Source: Glaucostegus cemiculus
Lineage: Eukaryota
Assembly: GCA_976551045.1 (NCBI GenBank)
Contig: CDPCPM010000233.1
Location: forward strand, 5,766,001 to 5,830,000
Direction of reading: 5' to 3'
Length of the DNA: 64,000 bases
The stretch's first letter is position 1. Each line of letters begins with the position of its first letter. A program made the translations under genes and the position numbers. Shown in pieces: positions 25,305 to 39,074 of this stretch. A model generated the notes under the pieces. That model ran no database searches and had not been told where the DNA came from. It saw only the letters and a program-made list of their open reading frames with translations.

Positions 25305-27410
25305 TTGGTATTGGTATTGGTTTATTATTGTCAGATGTACCAAGGTGCAGCGAAAAACTTGTCTTGCATACCGTTCATACAGACCAATGCATTACACAGT
25401 GCAATAAGTAGTACAGAGTAAAACAATAACAGAATACAGAGTAAAGAGTTACAGCTACATAGGAAGTGCAGTACAGGTAGATAATAGGGTGCAAGGTCAT
25501 AACAAGGTAGATTGTGAGCTCAAGAGTCCATTTTATCATATAAGGGAACCAGTCATTGGTCTTGTAACAGTGGATAGAAGCTGTCCTTGAGCCTGGTGGT
25601 ACATGCCCTCAGGCTGCCTTATCTTCTGCCTAATGGGAGAGGGAAGAAGAGAAAATGTCCCAGGTGGGTGGGGTCTTTGATTATGCTGGCTGCTTTACTG
25701 AGGCAGCGAGAGGTATAGACAGAGTCCATGGAGGGGAGGCTGGTTTCTGTGATATGCTGAGCTGAGTCCATAACTCTCTGCAGTTTCTTGCGGTCACGGG
25801 CAGAGCAGTTGCCATACCAAGCTGTGATGCATCCAGATAGGATGTTTTCTATGGTGCATCAATAAAAGGTGGTGAGTGTCAAAGTGGATATGCCAAATTT
25901 CTTTAGCCTCCTGAGGAAGTAGTGGAACTGGTGGCATCAACGTGGTTGGACCAGGATAGGCTATTGGTGATGTTCACTCCTAGGAACTTGAAGTTCTTAA
26001 CTCTCTTGACCTAAACAACATTGATGTCGACAGGAGCATGTGCACTACCCCTCTTCCTGAAGTCAATGACCAGCTCTTTTGTTTTGGTGACATTGAGGGA
26101 AAGGTTGTTGTCATGACGCCATGTCACTAAGCTCTCTATCTCCTCCGACTCATTGTTATTTGAGATACAGCCCACTATGGTGGTATCATCTGCTTGTAGA
26201 TGGAGTTAGAGCAGAATCTGGCCATGCAGTCATGAGTGTATAGGGAGTAGAGGAGAGGGCTGAGGATGCAGCCTTGAGGGGCACCAGTGTTGAGAATAAT
26301 CGTGCTGGATATGTTGCTGCCTGTCCTCACTGATTGTGGTCTGTTGGTCAGAAAGTCAAGGATCCAGTTGTAGAGGGAGGTGTTGAGTCCCAGGTCTCAG
26401 AGTTTGATGATGAGTTTGCTTGGAAGTATTGAAAGAGGAGCTGTAGTCAATAAGCAATAGTCTAACATAAGTCTCTTTACTGTCCAGATGCTCCAGATAT
26501 GAGTGTAGGGCCAGGTAGTTGGTGTCCACTGTAGACCTGTTCCAGTGGTAGATGAATTGCAGTGGGTCAAGGTTTTCCAGGAGGCTGGAGTTAATGTGCG
26601 CCATGATCAACCTCTCTAAGCATTTCATGATGGTGGATGTCAGGCAGTAATCATTAAGGCATGTTACCTTGATTTCTTAGGTACCGGGATGATAGTGGTC
26701 TTCCTAAAGCAGATAGGAACCTCAGATTGAAGCAGGAAGAAGTTAAATATGTCTGCAAATACCCCTGCCAGCTGATCTGTGTAGGATCTAAGGATATAGT
26801 CAGGGACACCATCCGGGTCAGATGCTTTCCGCGGGTTCACTCTCCAAAAGACTGATCTTACATCCTCAATGGTGACAACGGGTTAAGGTACATTGGAGGC
26901 TGTCGGGTGGGTGGTGACAAACCAATTCCCTTCTCTCCAAAATGAGCATAGAATGCGTTTAGCTCATTGGGAAGGGATGCGCTGTTGTTGACGATTCTGC
27001 CCGACTTTGTTTTGTAGCCCGTTATAGCATGTAAGCCCTGCCACAACCAACAGCTGGTCTGGGACTCTATTTTGGATTGGTATTGTCTCTTGGTATCTCT
27101 GATAGCTTTACGGAAGTCATATCTCAATTTCTCATAAAGGTCAGGGTTACTTGATTTGAATCCTGCAGTCCTCAAGCTCAATAGGAAGTGGATCTCCTGG
27201 TTCATCCATGGTTTCCAGTTTGGGAACATGTGGATTGTCCTCTTTGGTGCACAGTCCCCAATACACTTGCTGATAAAGACCGTGATTGTGCTGATGTATT
27301 GTGCTGGTTTGAACATGGACCAGTCCACTGACTCAAAGCAGTCACATAGAAGCTCATCTGTTTCCTCAGACCAGCACTGTACAACTTTGTACTACTGTAT
27401 GACAAGCTTG
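25305..27410 (-). mobile_element. Rex1/Babar non-LTR retrotransposon, 5'-truncated and decayed
   Basis: MKCLERLIMAHI...LDPLQF...NRSTVD...YVRLLLIDYSSSFNT and FPNWKPWMNQE are Rex1-type ORF motifs; (CCAATA)n tail at 25305-25320. Confidence 0.88.
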
Positions 27411-27796
27411 CCATTGTATTTGATCCCAAGGCAAGATTCCAACAACGTGTCCAGGCCAAGTCCCACACTGCCCTGATCTGACCATGCCTTGGATCATTTG
27501 TTGCTGAAATCCTCACCCATTCCTTTTGTTGCTATAGATCTGACTATTTGAATGCACTCTTAATGTCCTCCCATCTTCCAACTTTCTATTAAATTCCCCT
27601 CTTCAGAAACTTTATTGCTCCTGTCCTAACTTGCACCAAATGTATCATCCCGCTGTGTCCACTGGCAGACTAACAATCCAACTTCTTCATTATCTTATAT
27701 ACCTTTGTTACATGTCCTCCAAGTTTAAGCTGCTATAAATAGGTCCAGTATTTTAGAGTAGCTGAATTAATTTAAATTCTCTAAACTGGGATATAA

Positions 27797-27966
27797 GCTG
27801 AATGTACCTGAAAATACTCAACAGGTGAAACAGTATTGTGGAGGGAGAAGCAAGTTTATTTCAGGGAGATTAACAATGAAGGCCATGATCCTGAAATGTT
27901 AACTCAGTTTCCACAGGAGCAGGCTGATCTGCTGAGAAATTCCAGAAATTTCTGCTTTTATTTCAT
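27797..27966. repeat. Palindromic Penelope pLTR-derived unit, decayed
   Basis: Left arm ctgaaaatactcaacaggtg; right arm atgaaggccatgatcctgaaatgttaact...ctgatctgctgagaaattccag. Confidence 0.5.
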
Positions 27967-28125
27967 AATAACTGTAGAATCTGAATATGTTGGGAATCCT
28001 CAAATTTATGCAAAGGAATTTTGCTTGTGTATTCTTTAATATGAGCATCTTTTTTACAGCTCTCTTGTAATGTCCGTCAACTCCTTAGATTCGCTACTTA
28101 CAAAATAAGGCCTCAGAGGTCACAC

Positions 28126-28150
28126 TATTGGTATTGGTATTGGTTTACTA
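28126..28150 (-). repeat. Isolated Rex1-type tail (TATTGG)3
   Basis: tattggtattggtattggtttacta matches the start of the Rex1 tail at 25305-25328. Confidence 0.5.
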
Positions 28151-29716
28151 TCAATGAAACATCCTTTCTTAAAGACATTAAACTAACAACTCATGGCAGA
28201 ATTTGGTGTAACAAAGTGTTGATAGTCATACAACAAGGTGCACTGAGTTTTTGAAGATAAATTTATACTTATAGATGCTGTATGTCAGTTTGTTTCTGAA
28301 CCTCCAAAGGCCAGTATACTGTTCATAAACAAAATAGGGTGATGTTCTCCATTTGCAGTTTAACCAAAGATTTGAAAGAATAGTTCCCTTTATGCTTTAG
28401 TTTGGGCATTGTAGAAGGTCTGGATAACCAGTTTAATTTTGAAATTGTCACATGTCTAAAGCTGTCTTACGTTCTCACAGGAGTCATCAACATACCCAAC
28501 ATGGTCATATTGATAGGTACACTTTCTTCAAACATTTCAATGAATAAAATAATGGTCCAAATTGGGTTGGATGTGGTTCTGAAGTAAACACCTGTCATTA
28601 AGCCTCTCAGTGGTAATTTAGTCCTGTGCTTATACAGATTCTCCATGTGGAATCCAGCAGCAGAATCTGAATATGCTCAGAATCCCCAAAGTTATGCAAG
28701 GGAATCTGCCCATGTAATCCTGTGTTAGTCAGAACTGGCATAGAATTGGAATCCTAATTCATTGTATACATGGGGTTTCATGGCATGGATATTAGGAGGA
28801 TAAAAAAGGGATTGTTACTTATTTTTTTAAATTTTGTTTACAATTATTTAATTGTGGCCTCATGTTTCAATTAACTTTTATTTTTCATCTACTTAATTAT
28901 TTTTGTTTTATTTATTTAGTTTCATTCAGTTACTTATAGTTGATTGTCAGAAATCTTAAAGTAAAATTGTAACAATACCTCCCAAGTTTGACTGGAGGTG
29001 AGGATTTGCCTCACAGATTTGTCAAAAGTTGTTGAGGTGTTTTGTGTAACAGTGACTGAAGCGTTGTCTCCGAGCTATGCCTCACATTCAACCCTCCTTA
29101 TCAGATCTGGGTCAGCGCAGATGGAAGCCATGAACAGCAAGCTGATTCCAGCTTAATTCTGACCAATTCAGTGTTATCATTTTTCTTAGGCTCTATTGAA
29201 TTAATGAAATATGGAAGGATAAGTGCTCCTTGGTAGCTTGCCAGCTACAATTGCTGCTCCCACACAAATGATCACAGGTTCTCTTTAGGAACTGTTGATA
29301 GTTGAATCTGCCAAACTCAATTGTGATGGGATTTGTCAGTTTGCAACCAAGCTGTTTAGTGGATTATAATGAAACATCGGATCATTTAGGGTACCAAAAT
29401 CTTCTTGACTTACTTTCCTACAGCATTGACTGTCATCATAGATGTGCAAAGTTGAATGTAGTCGCATGAAAATGGAGATTATACAGGGAAATAACATTAT
29501 ATAAAACTACCAAAGGTTGTAGCTAAAGATAGGCTTCCATTCATATAGCCTCTTAGAATGTGCTGAAGAACTTCCAAACAAATAAATATATTTTGAATTG
29601 TAGTAACTTTTGTAACTTAGTTGTGTGACTCAACAATTTACTGCAATGAAGTGAAAGTCAAAATATACAAATGGAAGCTGTTTATTGAAAAGTGCATTTT
29701 TTTCTTTTTCTTTCAG

Positions 29717-29963
29717 ATGTATATTCAAACCACCACTTTGACTATTTCCATAAACCTGAGTGCTTCTGTGTCGCTCGGCATGCTGTATATGCCCAAAGTA
29801 TATGTAATCCTATTCCACCCAGAGCAGAATGTGCAGAGGCGCAAGCGCAGTCTAAAAGCCGTAGTGACAGCAGCCACAATGTCCAACAAGTTTACCCAGA
29901 AAGGAAATCTCCGTCCTAATGGAGAAGCCAAAACTGAACTATGTGAAAGTCTGGAAACCCAAG
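29717..29963 (+). CDS. grm4: Penultimate coding exon of metabotropic glutamate receptor 4 (TM7 and intracellular C-tail)
   Basis: Translates [102 protein letters not shown] is mGlu4-type rather than mGlu7/8-type. Polypyrimidine acceptor ttctttttctttcag ends at 29716 and donor AAG|gtaaaa starts at 29964; 247 bp, phase 0 to phase 1. Confidence 0.93.
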
Positions 29964-30555
29964 GTAAAACATCTTCCTGCAATTAAAATGATATTGACCT
30001 TAAAATTCTCTGATGAAAATATTACCATGTAATTATTTAGTACATTATCATAGAAGTTATCTATTTGCCACTTCAGTGAAAGAAATATCCTTTAATTTAC
30101 TATGATTCATGATTGTTTATGACAATTTCTCTATTGGAAGAATTTTGAGAAATTAGTATTTTTAAAATCATGGTCTTTAAAGAAAGATATTTGAAGACAA
30201 GATACACAGACAACTTGTAATTAACATGCTGATCTATTAAGCATTAATAGTGGTGTCCTACAGATAGTGTATAATAAGCAATGCAACAATTTGTTTTATC
30301 ATTTAAAAAAATATCTCACACATCACGTTGTATTTCTATTTCATCTGTTCTAGCTGCAAACAAGGGGAGATTAGAGGGACTCGGAGACAGTGTCACAAGT
30401 CACAAGTTTTGCACAGAATGTTGCCGTGTCAAGCTTTGGCTATGGTTAGAAAAAGTTGTAAAGAATTTCAACCTTGTGTAGTTAATTTGGGCACTTTTCA
30501 GTTGACAGCCAGAAAAAGGAATACACAACAAGTGACCTACACTCTTATTACATAA

Positions 30556-30940
30556 AGATGCCTCACTAAATAATCAAAGACCCCACCCACCCAGGACATT
30601 CTTTCTTCTCCCCTGTCCCATCAGGCAGAAGGCACAAAAGCCTGAAAGCACATACCACCAGGCTCAAGGACAGATTCTATCCTACTGTTATAAGACTATT
30701 GAACGGTTCCCTCTTACGATAAGATGGACTCTTGACCTCACAATCTACCTCGTTATGATGTTGCACTTTATTGTCCGCCTACACTGTACTTCCTCTGTAG
30801 CTGTGACACTCTGCATTCTGTATTGTTTTACCTTGTTCTACCTCAATGCACTATGCAATGAATTGATCTGTATGACAAGTTTTTCACTGTGTGTCAGTAT
30901 AAATGACCATAATAAGCCAATTCCAATTCTAATTCCAAAT
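30556..30940 (+). mobile_element. Rex1/Babar 3' fragment
   Basis: IIKDPTHPGHSFFSPVPSGRR...TTRLKDRFYP; reverse-complement match to about 25320-25690; ccaattccaatt tail. Confidence 0.85.
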
Positions 30941-31439
30941 AAAATCATCTCACACAGTCCAGTCTATTCTCTTCTGTAGTTTATCATTATCAAAAATAAC
31001 TATCATGTTCCAAAACCACTTCACATCCATAAAGTGATTTTAACATAACATAATGTCCCTTTTGAAGAAGTCTTTTTCAATCTCAATAAATGGGCCATTG
31101 GGATGATGCCATGTCTCCTTCTGCACCAAAGATTTTTTCACTGTTCCTATTCTCTCCACTGCCATTTTGTGTGATGATGGTCAACCAGTTGAGAACTGTC
31201 CAATCAGTCCTTGTTCCTTTACAACATGCCACCTCAGTGGTAGGAAATTCAAGAAATAAAGCAATACATTGTTGGAGGATGCCATGTATCTGTGAATCCA
31301 TGGGACAGTTGTGCAGTTAAATTACTACACCATCAAGTTGTGGTGGATTTTCCTTGAATAGCTTTGAGTTAGTATAACTATGATCCACTCCATTTTCAAA
31401 CATTTTGGCCTTCAGTTAAGACACAGAGAAGGGAACATG

Positions 31440-32110
31440 GTGGCATTCCCATACATTGTTCCCTTCTCCTAGTTGATACATTTAGAGGTACCATCAAGTT
31501 AATCTTGATGGTTTGCTGCAGGGAATGTTTTAAATGGTACACTGAGCGCTATAGTGTTTTGTGGTGGAGATTGAAAATATATAAAATGATGGAGTGAGTG
31601 TCAATGTGGGATTTTTTATTCTGAATGGTGTTGAGTTTCTTGAATGTTGTTGCAGCTCCACTCATCCAGGCCACTGGTATGTATTCTATTATGCTCTTCA
31701 GCCTTTTAAGTGGCAGAAAGGCATTGGGGAGTCTGAAGGTGAGTCACTCAGTCCAGAATACAACATTTGTGTCATATTTGTGTAGCCACAGTATGGATGT
31801 GCCTGATCCAACTGAATTTTGGTCATTGGTAACCTTTTGGATGCTGATGATGAGGCTTCAACAATCCTAAATCCATTGAACATCAAGGGGTAGTGATTAA
31901 TCTCTTTCTCGTGAATGTGGTCATTCCTTGGCATTTGTGTGTTTTGAATGTTATTTGTTTGTCATCATTCTAGCTCTGGATTTTTCATGATCTTGCTGAA
32001 TGCAAAAAAACAGACAGCTTCATTATCTGAGTTATGACTGGAACAGTTGGGCCTAGGACACTGCCCTGAAGAACTCTCTCGGTGATGTTCTGGGACAGAA
32101 GAGACTCTAA
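31440..32110 (-). mobile_element. Old non-LTR retrotransposon fragment (same family as 945-2615)
   Basis: gttgggcctaggacactgccctgaagaact is the antisense of a GVPQGSVLGP-type motif. Confidence 0.6.
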
Positions 32111-34180
32111 GTACCATCTGCCTCATTGTATAATAGTGAAATCTGGCTTAGCCAGTGTGTGCAATTGGACTTTGTTAGTCCAGAGCTGCATTTTTCAACT
32201 TCTTTGAAGATTTTGTGGCTGACTGTTTTATTTAATTAATTGAGACGTACAGTAATGAACACCAGCACAGCTGTGTACTGTTTGGATGGCTTCTACAGGG
32301 AGAGAGATCTTTTGGTTCATGAGGTACAAGAATGACTGGAAGAAGCATGAAAACAGCCAACTGTTTTGATGATGAGATGTGCCTCATAAAAGGAAATGAT
32401 GAATGCTAAGGAAAGAATGTACTAGAGGGTAGAAATTAATTTTCTGCCACTTGTTCAAAGCATATGGTAGAGAAGTGATCATGAGGTGCACTCAGAAATG
32501 ATGTATAACACCAATCTGTTCCCTTGATATACAATAATCAGCTAAATGCAAGTGACCATGGAACCACATTGCTATGGTTCTATCTATTTCATGTTGAACC
32601 TGGTCTGATTTTTTATATCTCTGGCACATTTTACTAACAAATGCAATACAGATAGGTTGCCAAACTAATAGTTAGGTTTTAATCCCAACATGAATAGCCA
32701 TTTCAGTATTTCAATTCTGTGCAAACTGCACAGCTCAAAAATTTCTGAAGATATCTAATTTATGGAATTAAATATAATTTCAGTCTTAATGTTAACACAG
32801 TATGTGAATAGATTTATGAGATCTTGGACTGTGATGATAGTTCTTATCCGATGAGGCTTAGTGAAGTAGTGTTCATTAATTGAGGATAGGTTAATCAATT
32901 CAAAACATTGAAATTTACATTGATGTGAAATCAGAGAATTATATCCCCTTTGTAGTGCTTTTTAAATTATTTTACAGTTTATGTTAATTACAGACACATT
33001 CAGCAAAACAAAAGATTAACAGCAAAAGTTCTTTCATATTAATATATTATTTCGTTGTAAAAGTCAAATCTGATCTTCATTTCAAAGGCAATAAATTAGT
33101 ATTAAGACATATGTTTTTATTTAAAGCAGTATCACAAGATATTCCAGAAAACTGTGATCAATTCCAAAGGGAGACATCTTGACTCAACACTGTTGATGTA
33201 ATTTCTGTTACTGGAGCTAAGGCAAATCTGCATCTCCATTGTTTCTCAGATGTTATATTGAAACACACTTACACAAAGGCAAATGGGCTGTTTCAGTGCT
33301 GCAGCAGTGATGAATTTCCCTTCAAAGATAAGAGAAAATGCCAACACAGGATATATATAATTTACAGAATGTATCATGACAACGAGTATCAGAAAACTGT
33401 AAGTTCCCAGTAAGAGTACACAATGTGGAAATGAAGAACTGATTTTATTTAAAACCTGACCAATTCTGAAACAGTGGAAGTGGGTTACCTGAACTTGTAA
33501 ATTTGATATTTAGTCTGAAAGGGAGTGAGATCAAGAATTAATGTAGCACTCGATCTCACTCCCACTGACCTAATTGTCGCAGTCACCTGCACTGAACAGC
33601 ATCTTATCTTCTTACTGGGTACATTGCACCCTTCCAAATGCAATAGCATCTCAATATCAATGTATTTTTACGATAATAATCTGTTTATTTGCACCCTGAA
33701 ATCTGGAAACATCTTTACCAATGCTACAAAGAATTGATGTCATATCCCATATCAGGTTATCTTGAAAAATCCACCAGGAATTGCTTAAGCAGATCAGTTG
33801 ATGTGCTGTTAACATCAACCATATTCTTTTATATGAACACAAAATGTATATAATTTTCATCACTGAACCGTACTGTAATTTGTCATTGCTTTTTTGCGAA
33901 AAAAGCAGCCCACTTTAGTTAGAAAGATGCAGCTCTTGACATTGATGTGTTTAAGCTTGGAAGATAATATTTTCAGAGCAGAGTAAAACAGCCACATTGT
34001 TTTTTTTTAAATCAGGCCACATGATAGTTTATTGAGAGTTGTCAAAAATGTGCAATGACTGAAGCTTTTCTCTCCAAGTATGTGTTTTCCTCATTATATC
34101 CCAGGCCAGTCAGAGGTTTATCTATTATTTTATTGTTGAGCTCTGATCCTGATATTTAAAAAATCTCTGTCATTTGTCAA

Positions 34181-37100
34181 TAGACAATAGACAATAGACA
34201 ATAGACAATAGGAGCAGAAGTAGACCATTCGGCCCTTCGAGTCTGCTCCACCATTTTGAGATCATGGCTGATCCTCAACACTCAATATCCCGTTCCTGCC
34301 TTGTCCCCATATCTCTTGATTCCCCTATCTATAAGAAACCTATCTAGCTCCTTCTTGAAAGTGCCCAGAGAATTGGCCTCCACTGCCCTCTGAGGCAGTG
34401 CGTTCCACAAACTCACAACCCTCTGGGAGAAGAAGTTTTTCCTCACCTCTGTCCTAAATGGCTTACCCCTTATTCTTAAATCATGCCCTCTGGTCCTGGA
34501 CTTCCCCAACATCTAGAACATATTTCCTGTCTCTATCTTGTCCAATCCCTTAACAATCTTGTATGTTTCAATCAGATTGTCTCAGTCTTCTCAATTCCAG
34601 CATGTACAATCCCAGTCTATCCAACCTCTCTGTATAAGACAGTCCCGACATCCCCAGAATTAACCTCGTAAACCTACGCTGCACGCCCTCTATAGCCAGG
34701 ACATCCTTCCTTAACCCCAGAGGCCAAAACTGTACACAATACTCCAGGAGCGGTCTCACCAGGGCCCTGTACAAATGGAAAAGGATCTCTTTGCTCTTGT
34801 ACTCAATTCCCCTCGTAATACAGGGCAACATTCCATTAGCCTTCCTCACCGCCTGCTGCACTTGCTCATTCACTTTCAGTGACTGATGAACAAGGACTCC
34901 TAGATCCCTTTGTACCTCCCCTTTACCTAACTCCACACCATTCAGATAATAATCCGCCTTCCTGTTCCTGCTCCCAAAGTGGATAACCTCACACTTATCC
35001 ACATTAAGCTTCATCTGCCAAGTATCTGCCCACTGCCCCAACCTATCCAAGTCACCTTGAATCCTCCTAACTTCCTCTACACATGTCGCACTGCCACCCA
35101 ACTTTGTATCATCAGCAAACTTGCTAATGTTATTCTCAATGCCTTCATCTAAATCATTAACATAGATCGTAAACAGCTGCGGTCCCAGCACTGAGCCCTG
35201 CGGCACCCCACTAGTCACGGCCTGCCATTCCGAGAAACATCCATTCACCCCTACCCTTTGTTTCCTATCTGCCAACCAGTTTTCTATCCAAGTTAATACC
35301 CTCCCCCCAATTCCATGAGCCCTCATTTTACCCACCAATCTCCTGTGCGGCACCTTATCAAATGCCTTCTGAAAGTCGAGGTACAAAACATCCACCAAAT
35401 CTCCCTCGTCTATTTTCCTGGTTACATCCTCAAAAAACTCCAGTAGATTAGTCAAGCACGATTTGCCCTTGGTAAATCCATGTTGACTCGACCCAATCCT
35501 ATCATTGCTATCCAAATATGCCACTATTTCATCCTTAATAATGGACTCTAGCATCTTCCCCACCACAGACGTCAGGCTAACCGGATGAAAGTTCCCCATT
35601 TTCTCCCTCCCTCCTTTCTTAAAAAGTGGGATAACATTGGCCATTCTCCAATCCTCAGGAACTGACCCAGAATCTAGGGAACATCGGAAAATGATCACCA
35701 ATGCATCCACAATTTCTAGAGCCACCTCCTTCAGTACCCTGGGATGCAGACCACCCGGACCTGGGGATTTGTCAGCCTTCAGCCCCATTAGTCTACCCAT
35801 CACCATTTCTTTCCTAATGTCAATCCACTTCAGTTCCTCCATCACCCTCTGCCTTTTGTCCATCCATACCTCTGGGAGATTTCTTACGTCTTCCCCAGTG
35901 AATACAGATCCAAAGTACTTATTAAATTCGACTGCCATCTCCCTGTTTCCTGTAATAATTTCACCCGATTCAGTCTTCAAGGGCCCAACATTGTTCCTAC
36001 CTTGCTTCTTTCCCTTCACATACCTAAAAAAGCTTTTGCTATCCTCTTTGATATTCCTAGCTAGCTTGCCTTCGTACCTCATTTTTTCTTCCCGAATTAC
36101 CTTTTTAGTTAAATTCTGCTGTACCTTAAAAATTTCCCAATCTTCTGTCTTCCCACTCAGCTTAGCTCTGCCATATTTCTTCCTTTTTAACACTATGCTA
36201 TCCCTGACTTCCTTTGTCAGCCACGGTGGCCCCTTTCCCCTCTTTGAGTCTTTCCTTCTCTGGGGAATGAACTGATCCTGCACTTTGCGCATTATTCCCA
36301 AAAATACCTGCCATTGCTGTTCCACCGTCAATTCTGCTAGGATGCCCATTCAGTCAACTTTAGCGGCTCCTCCCTCATGGCTCCATAGTCTCCTTTGTTC
36401 AACTGCAATATTGACCCTTCTGATTTGCCCTTTTCCCTCTCCAATTGCAGATAAAAACTTATCATATTATGGTCACTACCTCCCAATGGCTCCTTTACTT
36501 CGAGTTCCCTTATCAAATCCTGCTCATTACACAGCACTAAATCCAGAATAGCCTTCTCCCTGGTCAGCTCTCATACCAGCTGCTCCAAGAATGCATTCTG
36601 GAGGCACTCTATAAACTCCCTTTCCTGGGGTCCAGCACCAGCCTGATTCTCCCAGTCCACTTGCATATTGAAATCCCCCATAACTACCGTGACATTACCC
36701 TTGCCACATGCCAACGTTAACTCACTATTCAGCTTGCACCCAATATCCATGCCTCCGTTCAGAGGCCTGTAGATAACACCCATTAGGGTATTTTTGCCCT
36801 TACAGTTCCTCAGTTCTAGCCACACTGACTCTACTTCTCCTGATTCAATGTCCCCCCTTGCAAGGGACTGAATCTCATTCCTCACCAACAGGGCCACCCC
36901 ACCCCCTCTGCCCACCATCCTGTCCTTACGATAGCACGTATACCCTTGAAAATTCATTTCCCAGGTCTGATCTCCCTGCAGCCATGTCTCCGTTATCCCA
37001 ACAACATCATACTTACCCATTCGTATCTGAGCTTCAAGCTCACCTACCTTATTTCTGACACTCCATGCATTCAGATATAGGATTTTTAACCCATTTCTCC

Positions 37101-37258
37101 TCTCTCCATTCGTATTAATGTTCCAAAATTGTGTAGGTCCTACCTGTCCTCTACCCTCCATCTCGCTATCCTCTCTCTCATTCTGGATCCCCTCCCCCCG
37201 CAAATTTAGTTTAACCCCCCCCCCCCCAGAACAGCACTAGCAAACCTTCCTGCAAGCA
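34181..37258 (-). mobile_element. Young CR1 LINE: end of ORF1 plus near-complete ORF2 (APE endonuclease and RT) with about three disabling lesions
   Basis: EN motifs LNAWSVRNK, GITETWL, MGDFN; RT motifs DFQKAFDKV, GVPQGSVLGP, FADDTK; ORF1-like end LAGRFASAV...LN*; (TCTATTG)n tail; candidate TSD TGTCAA at 34175-34180 and 37259-37264. Confidence 0.96.
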
Positions 37259-38254
37259 TGTCAACTGTAGGTTGACTGTAATTGGGTCACTGTAATTTAG
37301 CATTCCTAGAAGTGGGTAGTGGGAGAATCAGGCTGGAATTTCTGGGTATAGGAGGGGGAATGGGTTATAGGGAAATAAATGGGTAAATGGAAATAGTACA
37401 AAAGCCAGCATAGTTTCAATGGCCTTCTTCTCTATAGTAGGAAAATATTCAATCCAGTAAAATTGATTAAATACATTTTATGACATAATTAAAAATAAAG
37501 TTTGAACATTATTATGTACCAAAATAACTTATTTAGGTGGACTCTCAGCACATCGTGATTAAAATGCAACGAATGTGCACTTTTGTGTATTGTGATGTAG
37601 ATCAAAGCTCCCAAACTATGTAATTTACATAATAATGCAAATTTGCTCAGAGACATAAACAGCAGACAAATATTCATTAAAATGCAGATTACATTACATG
37701 TAAAACTCTGTTTATAAAAATACAAATTTACTACAAATGCTGGGAACATGTGGAAATCTCAGTCAATGATTTCAACCCCAACATTTAAACCAGTTTTGAT
37801 TAGCATATATCCATTTCCCTATCAATTTGATAGATAAAAAGTGATCTATAGGTTTTTAAGTATGTTATTATTGAATATTGGGTTCAGCAAGATATGGCAG
37901 AAAGTGCTGAATAAGTAATTTAGCTCATACAAATAAGTTGTGAATTGCAGATAAAATGCAGATGAACTTGCCAGTTTTTATTTTTTGTAGATTATCTGAT
38001 CCTGATTCCCCTTCATGGTCACCTGAATGTTTCTACAAGGTCAATTTATCACATATGTATCTAGGACTGCATGTAACTCCTTTTAGATAGTCCACTGATG
38101 GTGCTAGAATTTTAATTACTAATTCAGTAAATTAAGTAGATATATTGGATCATGTATGCTTGCCAGCCATGTGCATTTCAAATTAAATGTCAAATTGAAC
38201 AAAAGAGAACATTGGAATTGGAGAAAGATATATCAAAAGGCACATTTGTACTGC

Positions 38255-38585
38255 AGACTGTGCTACTACTCACAGCTCTGGCAAACCAGGTTCAAATCAG
38301 ACCTCTGGTACTTCCAATTGGAGTTTGTTTGTTCTCCCTGTCACTGCGTCCGATTTTTCCAGGTGTGATGGTTTTCTCCCATAACAGAAGATGTATTAGT
38401 TGTTCGGTTAGTTGGCCACTGTAAATTATTCCTAGTGTAGGTACGTGATGGAAAAAAACGAGGGACAGGGATATTAATGGGAATGTGAGAGAGAATACAT
38501 TACAGGGCAGTAAGTGGGGAAATGAGATTGCACTAAGAGCTGACTTAGGCTTGATGTGTTGAGTGGCCAACTTCTCTGCTATAAC
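38255..38585 (+). mobile_element. V-SINE (HE1-like), decayed
   Basis: ctcacagctctggcaaaccaggttcaaatc head, ggagtttgtttgttctccctgt core, CR1-like tail. Confidence 0.7.
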
Positions 38586-39074
38586 GTTCCTTATAGCATA
38601 AATTAAGTTAGAGTTTACACTGTAGGCTTTACTTGATGTATTAGAGGGAGAGAGAGAAGAAGCGAGAAAGAACTAGTGCAATCTGTGAAATTTAAAGTCC
38701 TTGTTTAAGATTTTCACAGCGTTGGGGAAGAAGCTATTCCTCAATCTGGCCGTGGATGTGTGGAATGTCCTGAAGCATTTCTTCGAGGGGAGCAGACTGA
38801 AGAGATGATTCTCTGAAAAGTGTAGTCCCATGATACTTCACTCAAGTGTTAACTTTGTAGATGGATCATATTTCTAACTGAAAAGCCATCTGAACCAAGC
38901 TGACAATTAATAGATGGTTAATTTCAGAGACTGAAAAAGTATTTACAAAAATTTAAAGAGTTCACTCTGGAACACATTACCAGAAAGCCTCATAACCATC
39001 AACTTTCCACACAGGCATGAAGAATAAATGCAGCAGCAATGGGTAATCTTAGTTAAGTCAAGATACAAAGCACA

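Noticed and set aside
29621-29716. N-terminal extension of the exon ORF
   Set aside because: Intronic; the FFFFFQ run is the polypyrimidine tract.
1-29716. Upstream grm4 7TM exon or a nested gene
   Set aside because: No GPCR-like or other host ORF found; the preceding exon must lie before the window.
29717-29963. Assignment as grm8, grm7 or grm6
   Set aside because: [16 protein letters not shown] and terminal TKQTYV..NHAI fit mGlu4 best; a phylogeny would confirm.
35637-36275. 212-aa + strand ORF and similar ORFs opposite CR1 copies
   Set aside because: Antisense shadows of CR1 ORF2.
37215-37227. Programmed frameshift at the C13/G13 run
   Set aside because: Homopolymer at the truncated ORF1 end; length is prone to slippage and sequencing error, and nothing else supports recoding.
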